Shown here: one piece after another, positions 19,201-26,500 of the stretch | Layout of the letters: each line of letters begins with the position of its first letter | How positions within the stretch are numbered: the first letter of the stretch is position 1 | IMG/VR virus record: IMGVR_UViG_3300033273_000309 | Location: 1-54,904 of that record | DNA length: 54,904 bases | From: a virus | Taxonomy: Duplodnaviria > Caudoviricetes | Strand: one strand, 5' to 3' | Notes under the pieces: generated by a model | Told to the model about the DNA's origin: nothing | The model's input: the letters and a program-made list of their open reading frames with translations, nothing else | Databases searched by the model: none | Program-made: the position numbers and the translations under genes

Positions 19201-21938
19201 CATATACTGATGATAGCACAGATGGTGCTTACGACTTTAGAGTAACTTCTGTTGGTTCAACAAACCAGTTTACAATTTTGGCGGGCATTAATACAATTCC
19301 ACATTATTATACTCAAAGTGGTATTGTAACGTTTAAACAACACGAACCATTCGTATTGACAGTTGAAGAAGTTCAGACCGATTCGTTCTCTGGATTCTAT
19401 CCTGGACAATTTATTAGATTTGATGATATTTCTACTTTCTTCAATGGATTTAGAAAGAAATTTACATTATCAACAACTTTGAATGGTGTAAGAACTGTCA
19501 TTGGTCTTCGTGTTCCAGATGGAACTGATCTGGATATTACCAATAATATATTCATCTATATTAATGATGTTTTACAAGTTCCTGGAACATCATATACATT
19601 CTCTGGAAGTAGAGTCGTATTTACAGAGGCGCCAATAAGTGGATCTAAGTGTGTAATTCTATATTATAGAGGATCTTCTGCGGATGTTGAAACTATCGAT
19701 CCTCCAAAGACTATCAAACCTGGAGATGGAGTTACTATTCAGGAAAATCCACTTGATGTATTTGATATTTCACAGTTTGAAAGAGTTGTTAAGAAGATTG
19801 TAACTGCAGACCAATTGGAAACATTTAATTATTTCTCAGTTGGAATCATTACAGATCCTACAAGAATTAGACCACTATCTTGGCAAAAACAATTACAAGA
19901 TACGATAATTAATGGATCACTATATTCCAAGGCTAGACCAGATTTGCAGAGTGGGGTCAAACCATTTGCAACTGTAATCAAACCAATACTTCCAGATGAT
20001 GATACAATCTATGTTGATAATGCATATCCACTCTTTAATGATGTTGATGAACTTTCTGAGGATATTAGTGATGTAATAATTGTAGAAACTAGAGATATTG
20101 AACCATGTGTTGCTGAGTCGATAGTCTCCACTTCATCTTCTATTACATCTATTAATATTGTTGATGGTGGTGTTGGATATGCTAATACACAATCTCCTAA
20201 AGTTGTAGTTTCCGAAACTGCAATTAGTCAAAAAGATCCTATTTTTAATTGGAATCCTGGAGTTGGATACACAACGGTTTATAATTTGAATTCTATTGTT
20301 TATCAAGATAGATTGGTTTCTGTTGGGGATAGTTCCGTATATCTTACAAGTCCAGATGGAATTAATTGGCAGGTAGGAACACTTGGTTTTGGTAACACAT
20401 CTAATTTCAATTCTATTGAAGCTATAAGTCTTGGTAGTACAGGCAATCTCTTACTTTCTGTTGGTAGTGCAGGTAAGATTGTAAAAGCTTTTGATGATGG
20501 AACTACTATTTCAACTTGGGAACAAATTGAAATTCAAGAATCTTCTACAGTACCAGGTCTGGGAGCTGTTACTAGAGTAAGTAGTGGTTACACTGGAACT
20601 TTCAATCAAGTTGTTTATTCAAGTATAACTAACAGTTGGGTTGCTGTTGGAGCAGGTGGATCTATCTTTGTTGCAAATGGTATAACTACAGATTCATTTG
20701 TTAATAGATTCTCTGAGACTCTATCCGATCTTAATAGTGTCGATTTTGGTACGGAGTATTTTGTTGCGGTTGGTAATGATGGTGTAATTAGAAGTTCCAA
20801 CAATGGAACTATTTGGGAATCGCACAACTCTCCAGTAATTAGTAATTTGAATAAAGTAATTTATGCTAACGGAAGGTTTATCATAGTTGGAGACAATGGA
20901 GTTGTAATACGTTCTAACAGTAGAACAGAATATGAAAGTGTTGCAACAAATCTAGGATCTGAGAACATAGTTAACATTTACTATAATTATGGATTCTATG
21001 CAGCTCTCTTAGAGAATGGAGATCTCTACTACTCATTTGATCTCAGTGAGTGGATCTACAGATCAACATCACAAACCAATCTAATTAATGATGTTGTCTT
21101 TGTTGATACTCTTGGAAGTGAAGGTAGATATATTGCTGTTGGATCTGCCGGTACTGCAATTTATTCTGAACCAGTATTTAATAGAGCAACTGCTGTTTCA
21201 AGTGTAACTAACGGTATAGTAACTTCTATACAGGTTGTTAATCCTGGATTTGGATATGTAGTTGGTGATAGCCCTTCTGTTATAGTTGAATCTGACAAAT
21301 ATTCGACAGAACTTGTCAGATCATTCAAAGTGATTGGTGATCATGGTAATCTGATTGGTATCAATACATATCTCGCTGGTACGCCTGGAATTGGAACTAC
21401 AACACCAAAAGTTTCTTTCGTATTACAATCCGAAAAATATGATAACAGTACTTTGGGAATCGGATATTCCTCATTGAATACATTTGGAGTTCTTAATCCA
21501 CAACTAACTAAAGGCGATTATTTCACCATTAGTAATAGTAACGTAGTTACTGGTGCGGCCCTAACTGGAATATCTTCTGCTGCAGGAGGAATGGCAAGTT
21601 ATCCAAATTCTATAGTTGGAGTTGCTACACAATTCTTAGATGGTGTATATCTTGTTGAAGATGTTACAACACCGTCTCTTGGTATTGTAACGGTAACTTG
21701 TAACTTTGCTCCTATGCCTGGTCATACTAATCATGTAGACATTTATATCAGGGGTGAAAACAATACTGGAATCAATACCAGTGGATATTTGGGGAGATAT
21801 AGTTGGGCTAAATTATATGATTTCCAGAACAGAGTTCTGGGTGATCCAAAGTCCTTCGATGTTTTTAATAATAATGGAATTACTGGAATATCGACTTCTC
21901 CAAAGATAATGAGAACTAGAAACATAGTAAGTCGATAA
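7215..21938 (+). CDS. gp7: Giant baseplate wedge initiator gp7-like structural protein (4907 aa)
   Basis: N-terminal QIPEF.....P....FL..YY and IKDLYSSKGT..SYKLLFKILYG; later D..YYQKFSY......W...V....HPSGFK.F; located between gp6 and gp8. Many inserted domains: YHYH-like, Gly-rich GxGY repeats, helical KCxRD repeats and a beta-propeller. Confidence 0.85.
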   Translation: MSEIKRVKIDSILESQIPEFLTVESPLLVEFLGQYYKSLESQGGPIDIISNIDLYKNSKKFNRVDLISETTLTSDILTFDTTISVTSTKGWPDSYGLLKIDDEIITYTSKTETSFQNCVRGFSGIEELSSLSNPEFAVFSSTNAAEHSNSATVSNLSNAFLVEFFENFKYEFLPGFEARDFYENIKIENVAYKIKDLYSSKGTDQSYKLLFKILYGSDIEIIKPQDYTLTPSSNSYFLTKNILVEKISGGNPIDVKGNFLFQEISGIGTVSASIFNVEYRPVSDKNFYEISLDSTSFSGNFEVSGKTRILEDVSTTDNTILVDSTVGFANSGSILVKPRNSDYITINYTGKNVNQFTGVTNITKPLDFGLDLIEEKFAFSYIGVGNTSKVNFRVINVIDDIDFSNTSNLRVGDSISLSGFGRDLFDEYQFNSWIYNIPTNHNIKVITQVDTTKYRITLFDKVYFYAGEKITLKNSLDDSIDATVIDVEYSSSDVIKKYTETILIQVLNTGSYVVSGSTKITKKIYKANHYNNYFGDLSSIAAGVQNTYIGSNKDFFYVTSSGLPNYTIFSTDNKKTGSTNVGTGVTEVINVPSHQFLSGELIYYNPTDVSVTGIPTGLYYATRVDNNNLKLSYSRSDVFSQKYIKVGEGITSDIIYKSGYENKKLTHQKLLKKFPFDSSRSLFDDLNKRTTFNRELGMLINGVEILSPTLFDENIYYGALTDIEVTNNGEEYDVIDVPEIEIIDEQGGLAKAHLNISGEVKEIKILNAGYGYQEKPKITIEGGNGVGCALESNLVTTKVSAGFKADVNVDTPSNVITFLSTIPFEDGEEIVYDSNKNTDLPGIVNSSTYYVGRLTDTTIKLFNTQSDALQKTNEIDIVGVSSGFHFITTLKNKNTFTKIYVTDPGSGYSNRKIKVPSVLSANNNVTGINTFDSYIYARKHGFSDGETVLYESSDTNISGLVTTTQYKVRKLDDNRFRLFDVGIGTLQSDDNYLKNRFVKFDSLGIGTHTIGYPPIVVKVEAKSSVGSTTIIKTELKPIVLGSIDDVYLEDGGTGYGCTNIVNYHRRPNVGVSSITSEALLKPIIIGGSIVDVQIISRGQGFRENSEILISGQGNYAQLEPIVEEGKLSAVNIVFGGIGYGSSDTQLTLVNRGKNAKFLANVNEWKINQVVKSKNIINPDDDGILHVSKNPELELQFISFYVPKKLRYQLSDNFTEDNKETTGTLQHSPILGYAYDGNPIYGPYAYNTTTGGFIRRMNPGYVLEVDTTSGKRPPNFEGGYFINDYIFDGSGDLDVHNGRFAITPEYPNGIYAYFSTIEVTSGNDSVPRYPYIVGPYFYNKPIEENFLPLYNQDFNVFNTTLSRNIGPYYLNRSSSSYDLIDTVLEEYKQEFSVTEINDGKIEDVEIFSSGDNYKVDDPVDVDITGTEGVQSNIVVSELDGRTVGKFNLVEDTIGDLEFFIRYPDTVVKSTFPHQIANDQPITIGGISTITSAEFEGVQRVVVEDKEAELSEDIPDVATTGLSTFIKLKDVSGFSSNDFIGIGSETLLITKVDVQRSGFNVNRLSNTGIHTVAGDKVKLLPREFKIPTGSVKDYTFENYTTFFNPKDSVGVGTTGSFHTVVGFGTTSTKVRFVPTRSIYIPNHKYFTGQELIYSSGFAGTSLYANNPGIGVSFILYDQQKVYAVNLGQDFVGLSTLGFTSSTGIGTNNNSLEFWDQEDFSGVIGVAHSLTTVFPRITGTLKKTVGVVTTTSNHNLQVGDKIKFAINTNYNEPVKVVFDSVNRKVLMREVTFSDSDVNLDNDSVDISSYSGNIETGDKIVYISQYPIDGLENFGTYYVAKTGFDQIRFYKYREDIQDSRFINLTTIGGSDHKFYFINPQISCIRTTKIEFDLSDPSLSNLDLQFYYDVNFVEKINEREGFFVERSGIPGQADAKVVLDLSAQFFPIYYNLFPKGISIQAKRQISTDNGVLSYNKISIINHKLNRTFEVNNIVDEKSFTFFNNTKLSEIEKDILVASPTLFSYKTNSRTALGPISKLKINFPGRGYKKLPKVRQVKSDLGKNAVVKIVSPNIGKVENFTRVKDGFDYPTDPTLSPSLSVPTVVGVKDIRTIDYIGITTGGRKYNSPPKLVIKDDYLGLEAIAEVSGGSVTNVIVTKNSTSIAQPFEIIPIFNSNGYEIDTVQVAGDVITLELSNLPGLNPFIPVGYGQTEYTYPFAIGDEIFIENCRLTDETILLGRANFNSDAYNYSFFTVVGVSTANNTVTYSMTGISTGTFGTYSDEFNLGVVINKKDMPVFDMILKDDVNYASNEKISSSRFTGRIMENGWDGELDQMRLKDVSGDITVGDKIFGETSKINGTVQYFDKFNLFATLGVSRDKRSSVDLASGILNDFSQRISDNFYYQKFSYSVKSNIPYSTWRESVRSILHPSGFKEFSDLEVFTQPTVSEVSAGIAKSVNMKPTLAATDSFTFLNIDNKASFSLQKNFARVYEEELLPNGSTQNIYFDQGVDLAPYIMNRTNKVLVIDDISSQFDGTSEQYLRGRFADAADLMKLNRSFIQEEVVAFVEFNYPNIGLSTTYSKEKCLRDTGFIVDAVAHDIKYNSNNKSVEAGVYYWNAGSSYVSNETEETLFAYNYVKFLSQYVINNQTPPTLYQTTVPQEFNFALIPDPLNPDVNRYKDARNLIVANRREILDKSLASVGIGFPDFYFPGDPQTQERSRYVDGYRLIQQNKTEIVDQAWANTLLVYPGISTTIDKCKRDLGYFVDAVSTDVFTGGNKYSRDFVSLYFENGIPITNGLVGEEAESIYAFVQARDLMRTAVHNGLTITDVGVTSGPPTYGVGTTVSNTDPTACQDVQVNITTLVGIITAIVSAGTTAGLPAVNVGTYTSGGNKCFRDLGYIVDGVAQDISYGTNQHTIYNTKKYFDGVGAQRTDGLLGEEAESIYIFESAKDYIKKALTNQLNVRDFTITADPLTGFNTDPSSCSDVQTNVDTLVGILTVAIGNSSLSGIPTENYGTADCADVRSAIGNYVGIITTIIGLGTDFAPTITYPSLTRGGSIVGLTTFKLKNKGTSLFKHVFTESSVDPITDTFTIQNHNFQSGQELIYKFEGGTPVGIATTSYVSGPLDTLMVMDQGEIDGTAVLENGYNVSISTTITGISTVLSPVGPVIKNYTNCIAFNGSGGTFNATVTITYSNTTGQPLSTSITPINGGNNFAIGDLVTILGTDVGGTAGINDLTFVVSKTGPTGINTRANETYTNVGASTDTAGGTGAIFNVSRDDQGYVNSVQVVSGGSGYASTSVITIPYTGIGGTISADDVTVTPLQLGTDALPESLFVFKLNDNQFKLAGLSTSVFLDLTEGGTGTHSLEYKDPNASVMITIDGIIQKPLSRKSLSVSLGSSVSTASTTILDIATGISSLNVNDIINLDDELVSIRSIGVTSATQISVERGYFGSTAGTHEIGVAATVMNGNFNILGDVIYFDTAPYGKIGPVGLETGSIFGGRAFSRKFDASVPKDKNLLFDDISLSFTGIAATEFAIKVNGQTTDTIFNDVNSSTDINNNPVLLINNVFQDPTNDYIVDGSGTNTIKFISGTPKAGKISKVGVTSSYGYIPRLGAAAYPVVSAAGTISDVVVLGGGSGYRGVPVVSIAATIGYGASIVATVSAAGTVSGFTIVNPGTGYTTTSVPEVVIGIPTGYSNLVLGYTGGTSGVGQDAKLSVKVGFGSSITSYKFDNPGIGYKVGDKLVPLGLGTDSSLRDDTLNISNVQYDNTTGVTTITTVEVHNIDENEKVILTGIAFTCGYDEVGISTFSYDEASGICTVVTYSPHGLLRTDVDANKTSDEVFLFNLPFSCAAEHAGVTTTIFPDGTSSYGRVFPVLTSISSTSFTMNAGISTIPHVFEGWPEIGISTFAYYEVSGLSTVTTTSDHNFAVNDKFTLAGLAFTCPSNSGITSTIFPYEGSSPYGYTFTVTAVNSATEFEFNAGISSITHFYNSGGYAKKVPTAQRVLTYTDDSTDGAYDFRVTSVGSTNQFTILAGINTIPHYYTQSGIVTFKQHEPFVLTVEEVQTDSFSGFYPGQFIRFDDISTFFNGFRKKFTLSTTLNGVRTVIGLRVPDGTDLDITNNIFIYINDVLQVPGTSYTFSGSRVVFTEAPISGSKCVILYYRGSSADVETIDPPKTIKPGDGVTIQENPLDVFDISQFERVVKKIVTADQLETFNYFSVGIITDPTRIRPLSWQKQLQDTIINGSLYSKARPDLQSGVKPFATVIKPILPDDDTIYVDNAYPLFNDVDELSEDISDVIIVETRDIEPCVAESIVSTSSSITSINIVDGGVGYANTQSPKVVVSETAISQKDPIFNWNPGVGYTTVYNLNSIVYQDRLVSVGDSSVYLTSPDGINWQVGTLGFGNTSNFNSIEAISLGSTGNLLLSVGSAGKIVKAFDDGTTISTWEQIEIQESSTVPGLGAVTRVSSGYTGTFNQVVYSSITNSWVAVGAGGSIFVANGITTDSFVNRFSETLSDLNSVDFGTEYFVAVGNDGVIRSSNNGTIWESHNSPVISNLNKVIYANGRFIIVGDNGVVIRSNSRTEYESVATNLGSENIVNIYYNYGFYAALLENGDLYYSFDLSEWIYRSTSQTNLINDVVFVDTLGSEGRYIAVGSAGTAIYSEPVFNRATAVSSVTNGIVTSIQVVNPGFGYVVGDSPSVIVESDKYSTELVRSFKVIGDHGNLIGINTYLAGTPGIGTTTPKVSFVLQSEKYDNSTLGIGYSSLNTFGVLNPQLTKGDYFTISNSNVVTGAALTGISSAAGGMASYPNSIVGVATQFLDGVYLVEDVTTPSLGIVTVTCNFAPMPGHTNHVDIYIRGENNTGINTSGYLGRYSWAKLYDFQNRVLGDPKSFDVFNNNGITGISTSPKIMRTRNIVSR

Positions 21939-21944
21939 AAGATC

Positions 21945-21952
21945 ACTAAATA
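21945..21952 (+). promoter_or_regulatory. Late promoter variant (ACTAAATA)
   Basis: In the 38-nt gap between gp7 and gp8. Confidence 0.55.
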
Positions 21953-21976
21953 AGTAAAAAAGAGTTCATTTTAAAA

Positions 21977-23572
21977 ATGCCCGCCATTATATCGGATCAA
22001 TTTAGAATACTAAATGCTGAGAACTTTGTAAAAAGTGTTTCTGGTGTGGGTGACACATCAAATAAGTATTACACTTTCATTGGACTACCAAACAGCACTA
22101 ATCCAGCTGCTGGTGGTGCAGAAACTTGGTCTACTAATACCCCTTCACCTTTGGATGGGTTTAAAGAAGAATATCAAGTAAAAGAAAGTATTATATCTCT
22201 GAAACAAATTACAAATCAAGATGTAAGGAGACTTGTCAGGAAAATCGAATGGGTCGCTGGAAATACTTATGAAATGTACAGACATGATTATAATGTCTTT
22301 AACGTTACACCAGTAACATCTCAGACTGGATTATATGAGTCTAACTTTTATGTTATAAATGAAGACTTAAGAGTTTATGTATGTCTTCAAAACGGAACGG
22401 ACCCAGAAAATCCAAAAGGAAGACCTTCATTCGATCAACCTACTTTCATTGACTTAGAAGCTCGTGCTGCTGGTGCCAGTGGAGATGGATATATTTGGAA
22501 ATACTTATATACCATTAAACCAACTGAAATCGTAAAATTTGATTCTATCGAATACATCCCAGTACCCGATAACTGGGGAACATCTGGTGAAAGTATTTCT
22601 ACAAAAAATAATGCTGTTGACGGGAAGATTGAAGTAGTCCTGATTGATAACAGAGGAAGTAATTATCAGCCCATTTCGACATCATTCTCCAATGTTCCTA
22701 TTTTGGGTGATGGAACTGGAGGTAAGGCGACAATAACAATTGATTCTTTTGGAAAAGTTTCTGAGGTATTTGTTACTGATGGTGGTAAAGGATATACTTA
22801 CGGAACTGTAGAATTTTATCCTGGAGCTCCTGGATCAGAAATAACCGGTCCACTACGTCAACTAAGTAATACCGGAATTGGAACAACTTCTATAGCAGCA
22901 TTTAATGTAATCATTCCACCCAAAGGTGGTCATGGATATGATGTGTATAGAGAACTTGGTGCATATCGAGTTCTACTTTATTCTAGATATGAAACTCAAG
23001 AGAGTAATCCAGACATTATTCTCGGAAACGATTTTGCTAGAGTTGGTATATTAAAAAATCCAAAAATAGTTGGAAGTGATACTCAAAACTTGGATGCATC
23101 TGTTGTCAGTGGATTAAATGCTCTTAAATTATCGGGGGTTACAACCAACACTACATATGCTGTAGACTCCGTTATAACACAGACTGTAGGATTGGGTTCG
23201 ACTGCGATTGGTTTCGTTGCTTCTTGGGATGATATAACAGGAGTTCTAAAATATTATCAACCAACTGGACTAGCTTCAAGTGAAACTGGTTTTAAGATTA
23301 TTCCATTTACTGCAACTCCTGATGTTGGATATGGTGTGACAATTGAATGTACTTCTATTACTGGACCGACGTTACCTATCGATCTAGCTTTTAGTGGCGT
23401 TACTACCACAATAAATAATAGAATATATCAGTTGGGACAGGAGTTTGTATCTGGTATTTCTTCTGCTGAATACAACAAAAAATCTGGTGATGTTATTTAC
23501 TTGGATAATAGGCAACCAATTCCAAGATCTGCTAACCAAAAGGAAGACATTAAAATCGTACTGGAGTTCTAA
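21977..23572 (+). CDS. gp8: Baseplate wedge subunit gp8
   Basis: MPAIISDQFRILNA.NF; W..G..Y.MY..DY; VY.CL.NG; DGYIWKYLYTI; C-terminal SGDVIYLDNR.PI.R...QKEDIKIVLEF. Confidence 0.92.
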   Translation: MPAIISDQFRILNAENFVKSVSGVGDTSNKYYTFIGLPNSTNPAAGGAETWSTNTPSPLDGFKEEYQVKESIISLKQITNQDVRRLVRKIEWVAGNTYEMYRHDYNVFNVTPVTSQTGLYESNFYVINEDLRVYVCLQNGTDPENPKGRPSFDQPTFIDLEARAAGASGDGYIWKYLYTIKPTEIVKFDSIEYIPVPDNWGTSGESISTKNNAVDGKIEVVLIDNRGSNYQPISTSFSNVPILGDGTGGKATITIDSFGKVSEVFVTDGGKGYTYGTVEFYPGAPGSEITGPLRQLSNTGIGTTSIAAFNVIIPPKGGHGYDVYRELGAYRVLLYSRYETQESNPDIILGNDFARVGILKNPKIVGSDTQNLDASVVSGLNALKLSGVTTNTTYAVDSVITQTVGLGSTAIGFVASWDDITGVLKYYQPTGLASSETGFKIIPFTATPDVGYGVTIECTSITGPTLPIDLAFSGVTTTINNRIYQLGQEFVSGISSAEYNKKSGDVIYLDNRQPIPRSANQKEDIKIVLEF

Positions 23573-23577
23573 TAAAC

Positions 23578-26500
23578 ATGGCACAAAATACCAACTTAAA
23601 CACTTCTCCATATTTTGACGATTTTGACCCACAAAAGAATTATCAAAGGGTCTTATTCAAGCCAGGAACTCCAATTCAAGCAAGGGAATTAACTACATTA
23701 CAGTCTCTCTTGCAAAATCAGGTTGAAAAATTTGGTAAACACTTCTTTAAAGAAGGTCAAGTAGTAATTCCTGGAAATACTGCTTATGATTCGGAATATA
23801 CTTGTGTACAAATTGACCCAACTCACTTGGGTATTGATGTATCCATTTATCTAAACTTTTTAGTAGGGAAACAGATAAAAGGTGAGACAAGTGGTGTTAC
23901 CGCTAAAATTGAAAGATTTATTACTAGTGAAGAGTCGGAAAATGATAATTTTACATTGTACATAAAGTATCAAAGTTCTAGTGAAATTAATTTTACTGCA
24001 AATAAGTTTGTAGATGGTGAAAATCTTATTGTTCTAGAAAATATCGACTATGGAATTGGTGTTATTAAACTAGAGTCTTCCTTTGCTACCACTATTATTG
24101 CAGATTCTACTGCTACTGGATCTGCAATTAAGATAGAAGAAGGCGTATATTTTATTCGTGGATTCTTTGTTGATGTGTTTCCACAGACTGTAATTTTAGA
24201 TCAATATAGCAATTTACCTTCTTATAGAGTTGGTCTGTCTATTTTTGAAGATATTGCTATGCCTTCTCAGGCAAATGCAGACCTTTTTGATAATGCAAGA
24301 GGATTTTCTAACTTTGCTGCTCCAGGTGCAGATAGACTAAGAATAACTGCTACCTTAATAAAGAAATCACTAACAGACTTTAATGACGAAAACTTTGTTG
24401 AGTTAGTTAGAATTGAGAATGGAATTATCAAAAAAGTTCCAATAAAACAGGATGTATCTACTTTAATAACAGATGAATTGGCTAGAAGAACTAATGATGA
24501 ATCTGGAGATTATTATGTTAAACCCTTTAGTGTAATTGCAAAAGAGTCTTTAAATAATGGTGTTGGAAATAATGGTGTTTATAGATCTGACCAACTAACA
24601 AAACAAGGAAATGTGCCTTCTGATGATTTATTGAGTCTTCAGATTTCTCCTGGAAAAGCTTACGTTAAAGGGTATGAAGTAGAAACTCTTATAACTGTAA
24701 ATGCTGACTTAGAAAAACCAAGAACTACGGAACTCGTTGAAGATACAACAGTTCCTTTTAGTTTAGGAAATCAACTAGAAATTAATCGTGTACATGGAAC
24801 TGTTCCTGTTGGATTTGGTTCAACTAGCACTGTAACTCTATACTCTCAGAGAACTGTTACTAATGGTGTAGCTTCCGGTATCCCTGTTGGTGTAGCTAGA
24901 GTTTATGATTTAAAATTAAAAAATGCAGAATATTCGGACAACTCCAGCGTTTTTGAGGTATCTGCTTACGATTTCCAAACTTATACTTATTTACAATTAA
25001 ACGCAAGTCTCACTCAATCTCTACCTGCTTTTGTTGAAGGTAAAAATAGTTCAGCTTCTGGATTTTTAGCCTATGATGTTAATGATAGTAGTCAAATAGT
25101 TTTATATGAAACTGTTGGTGAATTTAATAATGGTGAACAATTAAAAATAAATGGGGAAGATGTATCTAGAACTGTAAGTGCAGTTAGAGATTATAATTTG
25201 GGTGATGTAAGACAAATTGTTGGATTTACTGGAGTAACAACAACTTTTACAGCAGACACTATAATTAATGGATTAATTCCTCTTGGTCCTCCTGGAACTG
25301 ATTTTACTATTTCACCAGCATCTGGTGGAATTAGTACAGTAACTACATCAACTTCAACTTTTGGTGTAGGAATTAATACTGGTGATATTTTTGTTTATAC
25401 AAAAACAGGACAAACCAATCCAACTTATAACAGAGTAACTGAAGTAAATGCTGCTGCAAAGTCTATAAAAATAGAAGCTACTCAAAGTGTCACTGGTGTA
25501 AATAATGGATCATTGCCAACAAGTGAACTGGAAACAAGTGTTACTAAAGGAATTCCAACACTATTAAATCCAAGAAATGCATTTTTCTTTGCTGAACTTG
25601 AACATGAAAACATTGCAAGTGTTGATATTTCCGAAGGTGAAATAGTCTTTAGAAAATCATATCCAGTAACTATTGCTTCTAATGGATTAACTGCAACATT
25701 GGAAAGCGATACTAACCTTTCTTTAGAACCATTTGATGAAGAAGATTATACTTTGGTATATGATGATGGCACTGTAGAATCAATGTCTTCGAGTCAGTTC
25801 TCAATTACCAATGCAAGAACTATCACCCTCGTTAACTTGTCTCAAAATGGAACGGCAACATTAACAGCTACATTAAGAAAGAGAAGATTAAAGTCTAAAA
25901 AGAAAATCTATAATAGATGTGCTGTTTTAGATATTAGAAGTTCTAATAATAACTCATCAGGAGTGGGAGCGACTACTATTGCTGATGGACTAACATTTAG
26001 TCCTTATTATGGAACAAGAGTTCAGGACGATAGAATATCACTCAATGTTCCAGACGTAGTTACGGTATTGGGAGTTTATGAATCATCTGATGAAAATGAC
26101 GCTGATTTACCTAAGTTAGAAATCGTTGATCTCAATGCAAATATTTTAAATACGGTTAAAGGTGAAATCATTTATGGATTGACAAGTAATGCTATGGGAT
26201 TCCTTGTATCCACGAATGGAACAAATAGAGTTGATTTCTTATATGTCAATGAAAATACCTTCATACAAGGCGAAAAAATTCTTTTTGGCGAATCTAATGT
26301 AAGGGGTCAGTTGAGTCTATTGATAGAAGGTGATAGAAACATTGTATCTGATTTTATCTTTGAATCTGGACAAACTGTAGAACTTGCAGATTTTTCATCA
26401 ATAACAAGAAAACCAGATGTATCAGCTCCTTCGAGAAGATTAAAAATAGTTTATAATGCTTACTATATTGATCCAAATGATGATGGAGATTTTGTAACTG

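Noticed and set aside
7215-21938. Intein, intron or stop-codon recoding as the explanation for the giant gp7
   Set aside because: The ORF is uninterrupted in the standard code, with no intein splice or LAGLIDADG motifs seen. Its size is explained by domain insertions, and very large gp7 genes are known in cyanophages.
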